64,000 bases of DNA from Candidatus Magasanikbacteria bacterium CG10_big_fil_rev_8_21_14_0_10_36_32 (GCA_002778465.1 PFBV01000003.1:151736-215735), one strand, 5' to 3'; shown: positions 37,752 to 47,922, counted from the first letter of the stretch. The notes: a model not told the origin generated them from the letters alone. Program-made: numbers and translations.

Positions 37752-37989
37752 ATTAATAATTACGCTTTACGGCACTGACCCGAGTGGTCGGGCAGATTTG
37801 TTATCCAGCCGTTATTATTTTAAATAAGCCAACAACTTTTTGACTAATTAATAAGCGGTTTATTTCTTATTAATCAAGCATTTTTTTATTAAATTGACAG
37901 CTTGATTTACCAGTATAGCAGATTTTAAAAAAAATGCAAGGGGTTAACCTGTGGACAACCGATTTTACCTAAAATACGCCAAAAAACCA

Positions 37990-38505
37990 TTATTCTATCG
38001 GTTCCAAATAAAATTTTTCCTCTTCTCCCCCGTCTTCCGGCAAATCGGTCAATGATTCCTCAACACCAAAACCTGCTGGAACACTTTCTTCTGTTTTACT
38101 CTTTTCAACTAATTTTGGTTCTTTGTTTTCAATAATTTCTTCGTTTTTTTCAGAAAAATATTCTTTATTTTTTAATACATCACCTAAAGCAACCATATTT
38201 CCGGCGGCCGCCTTAATAATTTTTGGTTGTATTGCCGGTTTTATTTCTTTTTTTAATTCAACTTCAACCGATTCATCCAACGGCTGAGCAGAACGCCAAT
38301 AAGCCACATCACGATTTATTTTATTCATCATTTCTTCTTCGCTTAATTTGGCAATATCCCGGCCGACTTCATTATTTAAAAGTTTTTCATAATCTGACAA
38401 AGTCATTAAAGCAAAAACTTCTTCTGTTTCATTATCAGCCACAAAACAACGTTCGCCGGTACGGCGAATTAAATTTAAAAGTTGTTTTAATTGATTATCC
38501 TTCAT
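37990..38505 (-). CDS. Hypothetical protein (acidic C-terminus)
   Basis: 171-aa ORF ending EEKFYLEPIE. Confidence 0.65.
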   Translation of the reverse strand: MKDNQLKQLLNLIRRTGERCFVADNETEEVFALMTLSDYEKLLNNEVGRDIAKLSEEEMMNKINRDVAYWRSAQPLDESVEVELKKEIKPAIQPKIIKAAAGNMVALGDVLKNKEYFSEKNEEIIENKEPKLVEKSKTEESVPAGFGVEESLTDLPEDGGEEEKFYLEPIE

Positions 38506-38648
38506 ATTATAAATAGAAAGTTAAAAGTTTCTTTCCCACACATTATAACAGTAAAAATTAAAAAGTCAAGCCCTTGACATACACTAATTTTTATGATAAA
38601 AAAAGACAGTTCTTTTCAAACATACAATAAAAAAACAAGGAGTAAAAA

Positions 38649-38888
38649 ATGTTAGATTCGACAAAAAAAGAAACTTTTAACTATTTACTTTTAGTAATTG
38701 ACTATCTCAAACAAAAAAAGGAAGCTGCATTTTACGAAATGGAACAAACACTCAGTCGGCGGCTGAACAAAGAAGAAACTAAACGGCGGCTAAGCAGACA
38801 AGAAATTCGTAACGCTATTTATAAACTGATGGACTTGGGCATAATCAGAGTCAACGACAAACTCAAATTTGAATTGACTCCGAATTAA
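38649..38888 (+). CDS. Small winged-helix-like protein
   Basis: 79 aa; RQEIRNAIYKLMDLGIIRV resembles recognition helix + wing; AAGGAG RBS; own promoter and terminator. Confidence 0.55.
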   Translation: MLDSTKKETFNYLLLVIDYLKQKKEAAFYEMEQTLSRRLNKEETKRRLSRQEIRNAIYKLMDLGIIRVNDKLKFELTPN

Positions 38889-38948
38889 TTTTGTTCTTTA
38901 AGACACAAACCGCCGATCAAAGGCGGTTTTTCTATTTTAAAACCCCCC

Positions 38949-38977
38949 TTGACAAAACCCTCAAAATGTGCTATAAT
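38949..38977 (+). promoter_or_regulatory. Sigma70 consensus promoter, near-identical to the DGR target promoters
   Basis: TTGACA-aaaccctcaaaatgtgc-TATAAT. Confidence 0.75.
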
Positions 38978-39051
38978 ATAATGGTATTTAATTAAAGATT
39001 TTGGCTAAAATATCACTATTTAAGCCAAATTTAAACCTTAATTTTAAACAT

Positions 39052-39213
39052 ATGGGAGAAACATTCAATCCGCAAGAAGAAGCTTTCTTTAAAAAAGGTG
39101 ATGAAATGTCAGAAAAAAATGAAACTTTAGCTCAAGGCGAAACCACGGTTGGCGCCAAAAAAGCTGAAGAAGTTGAAAAAGATACTGACAGTTGGTTTGA
39201 AGACAAACAATAA
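39052..39213 (+). CDS. Small acidic hypothetical protein
   Basis: 53 aa from MGETFNP, after a consensus promoter and before a bidirectional terminator. Confidence 0.5.
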   Translation: MGETFNPQEEAFFKKGDEMSEKNETLAQGETTVGAKKAEEVEKDTDSWFEDKQ

Positions 39214-39255
39214 AAATATTAAAAAACCCCGCTGATAAAGCGGGGTTTTTTAATA

Positions 39256-39579
39256 TTACCATTTTCGTTCGTAACTGTTAGAATCAAAAAATCCTATTTC
39301 AGACGGACGAATTATATCCATTTCTTCTTCAGCTATGATTTTAGCAACATTTATTGCTTCTGTGGTCGGGGGTTGTGAATATCTTTTCAATTCATTCTGA
39401 TAACGTTGAACGCTGCTCCAACCTCTTTTTTCCGTTGGCGGAATATTTTCTTCAAAAGATTGCCTTCCCTGAAGACTTGGATCAAATTCGCTAATATGCG
39501 AAGGTTTCCAATCTTTAGGAGTTACACCAACTTGTTCCATGTGTGGAATCAATGAATCACCACGATATTTTGATGCCAT
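39256..39579 (-). CDS. Hypothetical protein
   Basis: 107-aa ORF converging on terminator ccccgct-gataa-agcgggg. Confidence 0.5.
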   Translation of the reverse strand: MASKYRGDSLIPHMEQVGVTPKDWKPSHISEFDPSLQGRQSFEENIPPTEKRGWSSVQRYQNELKRYSQPPTTEAINVAKIIAEEEMDIIRPSEIGFFDSNSYERKW

Positions 39580-39704
39580 ATTTTTTATATTATATTTAAA
39601 TTATAACAAAAAAACAGTCAAAAGTCAATTAAACTAAACGGCTGCCAACAAAAAATCCGACCCCGCCTTTAAAGGCGAAACCGGATTATTTTTCCAAATC
39701 GTAA

Positions 39705-40559
39705 TTAAATTTTCTTAAATACCACTTTACTCATCAAACAAGTATTGCTCTGCTGACAATGTCGCGTATTGAAAGTATAATCTTTTTGAAATTTTAAATT
39801 AACTACATCATAAGGACATTGGATTATTTGTCCGCCGATAAAATAATTAGCAAATCTACATTTGTTCTCAGCTATAGTTTTTGTGCTTTCAAAAACTCCC
39901 CTCTTAGAAACATGGATCTCCATATTGCCATCATATTTTTCCAAAAATTAATGGACCAAATCTTTATATTCCAAAACGGGCATTGTAATTTTTGTATCTG
40001 TAAAAAATTCTTTTTTCGGATTATCCAATTCTCTAATGCTGGATATAAAAAATACATCGCAAGAATAATTTGATTCCAATTCTTTGGCGGTGGATAATAA
40101 ATCTTCCAAATCGCTTGTCTTGGAAACCATATAACAAACTTCAAACGGAATATCGGTTTTAGGCAAATTATCAACTGATTTTAAATTACCCGATTTGCAA
40201 TATAATGAAATTCTTAGTTTCGCGCCTTGAAAATCTTCTTTTTTGTATTTGTTTAAAAAATAACCGTTGGTATAAATAGTGGTTTTTAAATAATGGTCTT
40301 TATTAATTTTTAACATCTCTTTCAGATTCGGATGAAGCAACGGCTCACCGCCCAAAATATTAATTTGCTGTCCGCCTTTAGTTATAAATTGTTCTACAAC
40401 TTTTTTATATTCATCCAAACTGATGTTGGAATTATCTGCCATGGCGTTGCGAGCAAAACATCCGTCGCATTTTAAATTACAACAATTAGTAATGAAAATT
40501 TGAAGGGTATTTCTTCGTCCAGTCGGTAATTCTTCATATTTATTCCAAGGGAAAAACAT
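39705..40559 (-). pseudogene. Radical SAM protein split by one in-frame TAA (39948-39950)
   Basis: CNLKCDGC (CxxxCxxC), GGEPLLHP, TNG; ORF 39705-39944 continues in the same frame (..DLVH*FLEKYDG..) with a Cys-rich C-terminus. Confidence 0.75.
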
Positions 40560-40716
40560 AGTTTTTAAATCAAAAATAATAATGTAATGACACACTAGCA
40601 AAAAATATGAACGGCGTCAAGTGATTTCATTTGTAATAACTACAGCTTCCAAAAAGACAATAGAACTCATTAACAAAAAATCACCCCGAATTTTCGGGGT
40701 GATTTTTTAATTGATT

Positions 40717-42792
40717 TTATTTCTGTTTTCCGGTAATGATATTTTGCGCTACATTATTCGGCACATCGGCATAATTGGCAAATTCCATTGTGGAACTGGC
40801 TCGGCCCTGTGACATATTGCGCAAAGAAGTGACATAACCAAACATGCTGGCTAACGGAACAATCGCTTTAACAACTTTCATTTGTCCGCGATCGGTCATT
40901 TCCTGAATTTGTCCTCGTTTGGAATTCAAATCACCAATCACATCACCCATAAATTGTTCCGGAGTCACTACTTCCACTTTCATAATCGGTTCCATAATTA
41001 CAGGATTGGCTTTTCGACAAGCGGCTTGAAACGCCATTGAACCGGCCATTTTGAAAGACATTTCGGATGAATCAACTTCATGATAAGAACCATCATAACA
41101 AGTAACCTTGATATCCACCACCGGATAACCAGCTTGAATACCGCGAGTTAAAGATTCTTTTACACCTTTTTCAATTGCCGGAATATATTCACGAGGAATA
41201 ACACCGCCTTTAACTTCATCAACAAACTCAAAACCCTTTCCTGGTTCTTGAGGTTCAACCCGCAACCAGCAATGACCATATTGTCCGCGACCGCCGGATT
41301 GTTTGATATATTTGCCTTCAGCTTCAGCTTCATTTCTTACAGTTTCTTTGTAAGCAACTTGCGGAGCACCGACATTCGCCTCAACTTTAAATTCGCGTTT
41401 CATGCGATCAACAATAATATCTAAATGCAACTCGCCCATACCGGCAATAATTGTCTGTAAAGTTTCTTCATCAGTATGAACTTTAAAAGTCGGATCTTCT
41501 TCTGCCAGTTTCTGCATAGCCATGCCGATTTTTTCCTGATCAGCTTTTGTTTTAGGTTCAATAGCAATAGAAATAACTGGTTCCGGAAATACAATTTTTT
41601 CCAAAACAATCGGATGATTAGGATCGCACAAAGTGTCACCGGTGATGGTATTTTTTAAACCGATGGCGGCGGCGATTTCTCCGGAATAAACTTCATTCAC
41701 ATCTTCACGATGATTAGCATGCATTCGAACAATTCTTCCTAAACGCTCTTTTTGTCCATTGGAAGAATTAAGCAAATAACTGCCAGCAGTTATCATGCCG
41801 GAATAAACACGGAAAAAAATCAATCGTCCGACAAACGGATCAGTGGCTACTTTAAAAGCTAGAGCCGCAAAAGGTTCTTCGTCAGAAGCTTGGCGACTTA
41901 CTTCAGCTTCAGTATCAGGATCAATACCTTTTACCGGCGGTAAATCAGTCGGAGACGGCAAATACCAAACAACTGAGTCTAACATCATTTGAACGCCAAT
42001 ATTTGACAACGCCGATCCGCAAAGAACCGGATAAATTTCACTTTTTAAAACTTGTTGGCGAATACCGGCTTTGATTTCTTCATTAGTTAAAGTTTCACCG
42101 TTTAAATACCGATTAGTATAATCATCGTTAACTTCTGAAACTTTTTCCACCAATTTTTTTCTATGTTCAATAACCAAATCTTTCATATCATCCGGAATCG
42201 GAATTTCAATGACATTTTCTCCGTTTTTACCTTCAAATTTAAAAGCTTTTTCTTCAATCAAATCAACTAAACCAGTAAAAGTTCCTTCAGCGCCGATTGG
42301 CAACTGAACGGCGTAAGCCTGATTAGACAAACGTTCTCGGATTGAAGCTAAACTCATATAAAAATCCGCGCCCATTTTATCCATCTTGTTAATAAAAGCG
42401 ACACGAGAAACATGATATTTGTCAGCCTGATGCCAAACCGTTTCTGATTGAGGTTCCACACCTTGTGAACCATCAAACACGGCTACCGCTCCGTCTAAAA
42501 CACGCAATGAGCGTTCTACTTCCACAGTAAAATCAACGTGTCCTGGAGTATCAATAATATTGATACGAAAACCTTTCCAAAAACAAGTGGTGGCGGCTGA
42601 AGTAATGGTAATTCCACGTTCTCTTTCCTGTTCCATCCAATCCATTTCCGCGGCTCCTTCATGGACTTCTCCAATTTTATGTTTTTTTCCGGTATAGAAT
42701 AAAACACGCTCGGTGGCAGTTGTTTTGCCGGCATCAATATGAGCCATGATACCGATATTACGTGTCTTGTCCAAAGTATATTCACGAGGCAT
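40717..42792 (-). CDS. fusA: Elongation factor G
   Basis: [28 protein letters not shown]. Confidence 0.99.
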   Translation of the reverse strand: MPREYTLDKTRNIGIMAHIDAGKTTATERVLFYTGKKHKIGEVHEGAAEMDWMEQERERGITITSAATTCFWKGFRINIIDTPGHVDFTVEVERSLRVLDGAVAVFDGSQGVEPQSETVWHQADKYHVSRVAFINKMDKMGADFYMSLASIRERLSNQAYAVQLPIGAEGTFTGLVDLIEEKAFKFEGKNGENVIEIPIPDDMKDLVIEHRKKLVEKVSEVNDDYTNRYLNGETLTNEEIKAGIRQQVLKSEIYPVLCGSALSNIGVQMMLDSVVWYLPSPTDLPPVKGIDPDTEAEVSRQASDEEPFAALAFKVATDPFVGRLIFFRVYSGMITAGSYLLNSSNGQKERLGRIVRMHANHREDVNEVYSGEIAAAIGLKNTITGDTLCDPNHPIVLEKIVFPEPVISIAIEPKTKADQEKIGMAMQKLAEEDPTFKVHTDEETLQTIIAGMGELHLDIIVDRMKREFKVEANVGAPQVAYKETVRNEAEAEGKYIKQSGGRGQYGHCWLRVEPQEPGKGFEFVDEVKGGVIPREYIPAIEKGVKESLTRGIQAGYPVVDIKVTCYDGSYHEVDSSEMSFKMAGSMAFQAACRKANPVIMEPIMKVEVVTPEQFMGDVIGDLNSKRGQIQEMTDRGQMKVVKAIVPLASMFGYVTSLRNMSQGRASSTMEFANYADVPNNVAQNIITGKQK

Positions 42793-42828
42793 ATAACGAT
42801 TTTGATTAAAAAGTTATAAAATTAAAAA

Positions 42829-43305
42829 TTATTTGGCAAAACGGGCGAAATGAGCAAAAGCTTTATTGGCTTCAGCCATACGATGAACATCATCTCTCTT
42901 TTTGATAGCATCACCGACTCCTTCAACTGTTTCCATTAAAACTTCCGCTAACTTTTCCGACATTTTTTTGCCTTTACGTCCGCGAGCCGCATCAATAATC
43001 CAACGGAAAGCCAAAGCGTTTTGGCGTTCTCCTCTAACAGGCAACGGAACTTGATAGTTGGCGCCACCAACGCGTCGTGAACGAACTTCAACTTGCGGCG
43101 AAATAAGCTGAATTGCTTCTTCAAAAATTTTAATCGGATCTTTTTTAGTAGTGACAGCAATTTGGTCCAAAGCATTATAAACAATGGTTTGGGCGGTTAT
43201 TTTTTTACCACCCATCATCACATAATTTATAAACTTGCCCAAAATGACATGTCCATATTTAGGATCAGGCTTCAAAACCCTTTTAATTACTTGTTTACCT
43301 CTCAT
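42829..43305 (-). CDS. rpsG: 30S ribosomal protein S7
   Basis: RRVGGANYQVP, HRMAEANKAFAHF. Confidence 0.98.
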   Translation of the reverse strand: MRGKQVIKRVLKPDPKYGHVILGKFINYVMMGGKKITAQTIVYNALDQIAVTTKKDPIKIFEEAIQLISPQVEVRSRRVGGANYQVPLPVRGERQNALAFRWIIDAARGRKGKKMSEKLAEVLMETVEGVGDAIKKRDDVHRMAEANKAFAHFARFAK

Positions 43306-43359
43306 AATATTTTAAATTAGAAATTGGAAATTAGAAATTATTTTTTAGCTGAGTGGGAT

Positions 43360-43388
43360 AAATGAAAATTTATTTTCATTTCCGAGCG
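43360..43388 (-). repeat. Dispersed palindromic repeat (copy in rpsL-rpsG spacer)
   Basis: Exact reverse complement of 36473-36501. Confidence 0.85.
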
Positions 43389-43409
43389 AACAACAAAAAT
43401 ATGCTTTAT

Positions 43410-43838
43410 TTATTGTTTAACCGCTTTCGGTCTCTTGCTGCCATAAATACTGCGTCCGCGTCGACGAGATTCAATACCTTGAGTATCATAAACTCCGCGA
43501 ACGATATGATAACGAACACCCGGTAAATCTTTCACGCGACCGCCGCGCAACAAAACAATTGAGTGCTCCTGTAAATTATGTCCTTCACCCGGAATGTAAG
43601 CAATAACTTCCATACCATTGGACAAACGAACTTTTGCCACTTTTCTCAAAGCCGAATTCGGTTTCTTTGGTGTAGTGGTATAAACTTTAGTACAAACTCC
43701 GCGTTTAAAAGACGAACCCTTTGAAAGCACGGTTTTCTTGCGGTGTAAATTGTCGGTCATAAATTGCAAAGCAGGGGTTTTTGATTTAACCACCTTGTTT
43801 TTGCGACCTTTCCGCAATACCTGATTAATAGTAGGCAT
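43410..43838 (-). CDS. rpsL: 30S ribosomal protein S12
   Basis: [33 protein letters not shown]. Confidence 0.99.
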   Translation of the reverse strand: MPTINQVLRKGRKNKVVKSKTPALQFMTDNLHRKKTVLSKGSSFKRGVCTKVYTTTPKKPNSALRKVAKVRLSNGMEVIAYIPGEGHNLQEHSIVLLRGGRVKDLPGVRYHIVRGVYDTQGIESRRRGRSIYGSKRPKAVKQ

Positions 43839-43989
43839 AGTACAAAATTTTTAATTTATAATTTATATTTTTTTGAATAAAAAAGACTGAACGAAATGCT
43901 CAGCCACGAGTTTTTGTTTAGTCTCACGTTCTGCGAATAGAATACATTATTTTTATAAATGTGTCAATAGTTATTAAAGTGGATAAAAA

Positions 43990-44011
43990 GGCCCCGCATA
44001 AATGCGGGGCC
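43990..44011 (-). promoter_or_regulatory. GC-rich hairpin downstream of VR2
   Basis: GGCCCCGCAT-TT-ATGCGGGGCC, homologous to 15927-15946. Confidence 0.75.
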
Positions 44012-44065
44012 GAAGAGCCAAAGGAACAAAGGGTCAAAGAGTCAAAAAATATAAGGGAACAAGAA

Positions 44066-44617
44066 TCAGCAAGAGAATACGCGGAGGTCGGCGCACCACC
44101 TGCTCGGAAACCCAACCGAATGGGCGCGCACGTCCCAGCCGCCATCGAGCCGGTTCACATACACAGCGCGAAGCACCCTGTTGACATCGAGAACATAGAA
44201 AATGTTCGCATAGCCGTTGGTGAGAAGTACGCCCGCCTCGCCATTTGGCTGGATCTTCAAGAGCTCATAGATGCCGGACATAGTAACTTCGACCTTAGCT
44301 TTGCCGCCGAGGTCATCAATAATTTCGCAATCCAACGAAGCCGCCTTACAGAGGTCGTGGTGAGGATGCGGAACAACCAAATCCTTTACTTCTTCAGTCT
44401 TGCTGTAAAACCACAACTTGAAGTTGTCGCCGATATAACTGAACTTTACTGCGGCGTTGGACAGCGTGAAATTGTCGGCGACAACGAACTTATTGACAGC
44501 GGTTTCCAAAAATCCATCCGGATTCTTGAGGAACTTCTGAAAATTGGCGGACGTAACTCGTCCGGCCTCCACCTGCCTAAAAAATTCCTTCATCTGTTTG
44601 AAACTGGGTTGTAACAT
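44066..44617 (-). CDS. Remote DGR target protein 2 (paralog of 16007-16603)
   Basis: C-terminal ~140 aa align with target 1 (YIGDNFK.WFY.KTEE, QPNGE.GVLLTNGY.NIFYV.DV..VLRAVYV); ATG 44617 after AAGGAG. Confidence 0.88.
   Translation of the reverse strand: MLQPSFKQMKEFFRQVEAGRVTSANFQKFLKNPDGFLETAVNKFVVADNFTLSNAAVKFSYIGDNFKLWFYSKTEEVKDLVVPHPHHDLCKAASLDCEIIDDLGGKAKVEVTMSGIYELLKIQPNGEAGVLLTNGYANIFYVLDVNRVLRAVYVNRLDGGWDVRAHSVGFPSRWCADLRVFSC
44069..44169 (-). repeat. DGR variable repeat VR2
   Basis: Gap-free alignment to TR: 17 mismatches at TR adenines and 8 at other bases; core 44091-44158 has 14 mismatches, all at adenines. Confidence 0.85.
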
Positions 44618-44833
44618 TCTATCATCTCCTTGCATCCGCAGTATTTAAACAATACATCCGACATCATTGCCAAACATACTGCCAATAAACCTGACGGACA
44701 CGGTAAAAAGAACCGATGTTTTAATATCATAAAAAATATCTCCTGTCAATCAGACAAAAAAATGCCCTCAACATTTCTGTTGAGGGCAAAAGAGCGAAGA
44801 AAAGCGGCTTGACCACTTTTTGGTGATGGGCTA

Positions 44834-45010
44834 TTACTTTTCCGGGGTGAAAATGGAGAGCGTGTAGCAACTCAGGCAGTTGCACTGAATGCGAGAAATG
44901 CGGATACATCTCGTTTTGCGGTTGATGCTGAAGTATCGATGAACCATATGAATTTTGGTTTCCTGACAAGTATCACACATAAGCCACTCAAACTTCATTT
45001 TAGAAATCAT
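44834..45010 (-). CDS. Small Zn-ribbon-like protein
   Basis: 58 aa MISKMKFEWLMCDTC...CNCLSC; CAGGAG RBS. Confidence 0.5.
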   Translation of the reverse strand: MISKMKFEWLMCDTCQETKIHMVHRYFSINRKTRCIRISRIQCNCLSCYTLSIFTPEK

Positions 45011-45076
45011 TTTCTGCTCCTGTTTTTGTTTTATCCGCTCGCTATTAGCGATTGGAATATCATTGTTAAAGAACAA

Positions 45077-45226
45077 TTTATAAATAAAACTTGAAATTAC
45101 TGCGTTGCTCATATAATGAAAAATAAATTTTTCATCTATTCACAACTTGTGTGTTTATAAATAAAACTTGAAATTACTGCGTTGCTCATATAATGAAAAA
45201 TAAATTTTTCATCTATTCACAACTTG
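45077..45226. repeat. Perfect tandem duplication of a 73-bp palindromic unit (period 77)
   Basis: 45077-45149 identical to 45154-45226; homologous to 16700-16840. Confidence 0.92.
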
Positions 45227-45228
45227 AA

Positions 45229-45257
45229 ATTATAGCACATTTTTGGGTTTTTGTCAA
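45229..45257 (-). promoter_or_regulatory. Sigma70 consensus promoter for the target-2 locus
   Basis: TTGACA-aaaacccaaaaatgtgc(17)-TATAAT. Confidence 0.8.
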
Positions 45258-45345
45258 ATATTATGTTTTTACAAAAAATAAACTTTAACCATTGAAAAAA
45301 TATCAGTTTTATAATATAGTATGTGTGTTGAATCAACCTAACATT

Positions 45346-45876
45346 ATGAACCCAGAAAAACCTATTGCTCAATTTTTTGATGGTGAACGCCAAGTTAAAA
45401 TTCTGCCACCGGAACAGGAAGATATTTATAATATCCAAAAAAATATTCCAACTGTAAATATTGAAATAACCGCCGAAGAAGCAAAATCAAAAAGCTCTTT
45501 AGATAAAATAACATTTCTGCCGGAAGATGAGAAAGAATTAAAACTTAAAGGAAAAATATCCCCTGAACGAATAAAAAAATATTTAAAACCGGAAAATGGC
45601 GAAAGATTGGAAATTTTTAAAATATCAAAAGCAAAAATAAATTTAATCGCTTTCCAAAATGTAGATGAGCGTCGAGCCGGGTTATTCGCCTATTACGCCG
45701 GAACAAATAAACAACCATTAACTTATACCGAGTTACTGCTCGCCTTTCACAAAAACGGATGGATGAAAGAAATAGGCATGTTGGAAGATGAAATAAAAAA
45801 ACGCAGTTTAGATACCGACAGTTTAATTTATTATTTTCCGGCCGATACAGTTTACGGACGTAAAAAAACAAAATAA
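45346..45876 (+). CDS. Hypothetical protein
   Basis: Long ORF, likely start MNPEKP. Confidence 0.55.
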   Translation: MNPEKPIAQFFDGERQVKILPPEQEDIYNIQKNIPTVNIEITAEEAKSKSSLDKITFLPEDEKELKLKGKISPERIKKYLKPENGERLEIFKISKAKINLIAFQNVDERRAGLFAYYAGTNKQPLTYTELLLAFHKNGWMKEIGMLEDEIKKRSLDTDSLIYYFPADTVYGRKKTK

Positions 45877-45880
45877 AATT

Positions 45881-47911
45881 TTACAAATCATCAATATCTC
45901 TAAGGAAACTCCCGGGAGATATTTTTTTTGGCTGAAATTCTTCCTCCTCTGAAATATAAGATACACCTGCCTCCGAATCATTAAACGAAGTATTGTGGTT
46001 ACTAATGAGAAGAGAGTGGTCTTCCAATAAATCCGGACTAATTTCTTCCAAAAACACACTCGGACCAGTAAGTGAATCGCCGAATGAACCGCCGGACATT
46101 GGATAAGTCAAATATAAATTTTCCTTCGCCCGAGTGATGCCAACATAAAATAACCGGCGTTCTTCTTCCAAACCGCCATCTTCGCGCAAAGCCCGATCGT
46201 TAGGAAAAGCGCCACGCGCCACATTCATAATAAAAACATTTTTCCATTCCAAACCCTTAGCTTGATGGAGGGTAGATAAAATAATTCTATCCGAAGAAAC
46301 CACGCGCTTACCATTTTTTAAAGCAAAATTTTCCGCCAAAGCCGCTTCAGCCAAAAAATCATCCAAAGAATCGTGTTGCTTGGCGAAAATAATTAATTGT
46401 TTTAAATCACTTAATCTCTCAGCGGCGTCTAAATATTCACTGGATAAATAATCAGCATAAGGAGACTCAACCACCACTTCAATCATATCCGACGGTTTTT
46501 TCTCCGAAGACATTAAGGCTGAATAAATATTAAGAAAATTTTGCCATCCGCCGGTCGCCCTATCTCCCAATGATTCACCGATTTGTTTTAACTCATCAAT
46601 ATTTGCCGCACCGGTAGACATTGAAATAATTTTCATCGCACCAGCCGGACCAATTCCTTCTTCGTGTAATAATACCCGAAGCCAAGCGGATGTATCCGAC
46701 GGATTATGCCGCAATCGTAAATAAGCCAAAACATCTTTAATGTGCGCCCGTTCAAAAAACCTCAATCCACCGCGATAATCATATCCTATTCCACGCCGTA
46801 CCAATTCCATTTCCAATTGTTGAGAATGATATGCCGCACGGAACAACACGGCGATTTCCGATGTTGCTGTGCCGGCTTTTAATTTTTTTTCAATTTCACC
46901 GGCGATAAACTTGGCTTCTGATGACTGATCCAAATGCGGTTTAAGCAACGGTTTGGCGCCGCCAAATAAAATTGTTTTTAAAACTTTCTTATACTGTTTT
47001 AAATTTTTTGAAATAATACTGTTAGCCACATCCAAAACGGTTTGATAAGAACGATAATTGGTTTCTAATTTAAAAACCTTAGCACCCAAATAATCACATT
47101 CAAAATTCAAAATATTTTTAACATCGGCGGCGCGGAAAGAATAAATACTTTGCGCATCATCGCCAACCACCAAAACATTATTATGAACCGAGGATAATTT
47201 TTTAATAATAGATGACTGTAAACGATTGGTGTCCTGATATTCATCAACTAAAATATACTGAAACTGTTCAGATAATCGTCGACAAATTTCAGGATTCTGT
47301 AAAAGCAAAAGTAAATTAACCAACAAATCATCAAAATCCATGGCATTGGCTTCTTTTTTTGATTTTGAATATTCACAAGCAATTTTTTCCAAAACAGGAA
47401 CATATTCAAACCAATTCGGATATTTCAAATCCACCACATCGGACAACGGTAATTCGGCGTTTCGGCTAAAACTAATAATATTTTTAATAGCGCCGATGGA
47501 AGGAAATTTTTTTTCAACCGTTGTATCTTTACAATTTTTAACACAAATTTTTAACAACGACTCGCTGTCATCCTCATCTAAAATGGTAAAATTATTTTTA
47601 TAATCAAGCAATGAAGAATATTTCCTTAAAATTTTGTGAGCAATACTGTGAAAAGTTCCCGCCCAAGGCAAACGACTGTCGCGGCCAGTTAAATTTTTCA
47701 CTCGATTAACCATTTCCGCCGACGCTTTATTGGTAAAAGTCAATAATAAAATTTTATCCTCAGAAATTCCTTTTTCCAACAAATAAGCGACACGGTAAGT
47801 GACTACTCTGGTTTTTCCGGAACCAGCGCCGGCTAAAACCAAACAAGGACCGTCGCCCTGATAGACGACGGCCAATTGTTCTTGGTTAAGTTCTGTCGGA
47901 AAATCAATCAT
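45881..47911 (-). CDS. UvrD/PcrA-family SF1 helicase
   Basis: LAGAGSGKT, TFTNKA, VDEYQD, VGDDAQSIYSFR, NYRS, TLHQAKGLEW, EERRLFYVGITRA. Confidence 0.95.
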   Translation of the reverse strand: MIDFPTELNQEQLAVVYQGDGPCLVLAGAGSGKTRVVTYRVAYLLEKGISEDKILLLTFTNKASAEMVNRVKNLTGRDSRLPWAGTFHSIAHKILRKYSSLLDYKNNFTILDEDDSESLLKICVKNCKDTTVEKKFPSIGAIKNIISFSRNAELPLSDVVDLKYPNWFEYVPVLEKIACEYSKSKKEANAMDFDDLLVNLLLLLQNPEICRRLSEQFQYILVDEYQDTNRLQSSIIKKLSSVHNNVLVVGDDAQSIYSFRAADVKNILNFECDYLGAKVFKLETNYRSYQTVLDVANSIISKNLKQYKKVLKTILFGGAKPLLKPHLDQSSEAKFIAGEIEKKLKAGTATSEIAVLFRAAYHSQQLEMELVRRGIGYDYRGGLRFFERAHIKDVLAYLRLRHNPSDTSAWLRVLLHEEGIGPAGAMKIISMSTGAANIDELKQIGESLGDRATGGWQNFLNIYSALMSSEKKPSDMIEVVVESPYADYLSSEYLDAAERLSDLKQLIIFAKQHDSLDDFLAEAALAENFALKNGKRVVSSDRIILSTLHQAKGLEWKNVFIMNVARGAFPNDRALREDGGLEEERRLFYVGITRAKENLYLTYPMSGGSFGDSLTGPSVFLEEISPDLLEDHSLLISNHNTSFNDSEAGVSYISEEEEFQPKKISPGSFLRDIDDL

Positions 47912-47922
47912 GTAAATTTTGT

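Noticed and set aside
26487-37827. Numerous plus-strand ORFs across the ribosomal cluster
   Set aside because: Antisense to well-identified ribosomal and translation genes
39948-39950. Stop-codon recoding (genetic code 25)
   Set aside because: The interrupting codon is TAA; TGA ends genes normally (rlmH, thyA, DGR targets) and core genes are intact in code 11
36473-43388. Invertible segment bounded by 29-bp inverted repeats
   Set aside because: Enclosed tuf, fusA and rpsG are in the normal orientation, inversion would disrupt essential operons, and no recombinase is nearby
45077-45226. Possible CRISPR array
   Set aside because: Only two 73-bp units separated by 4 bp, no spacers and no cas genes
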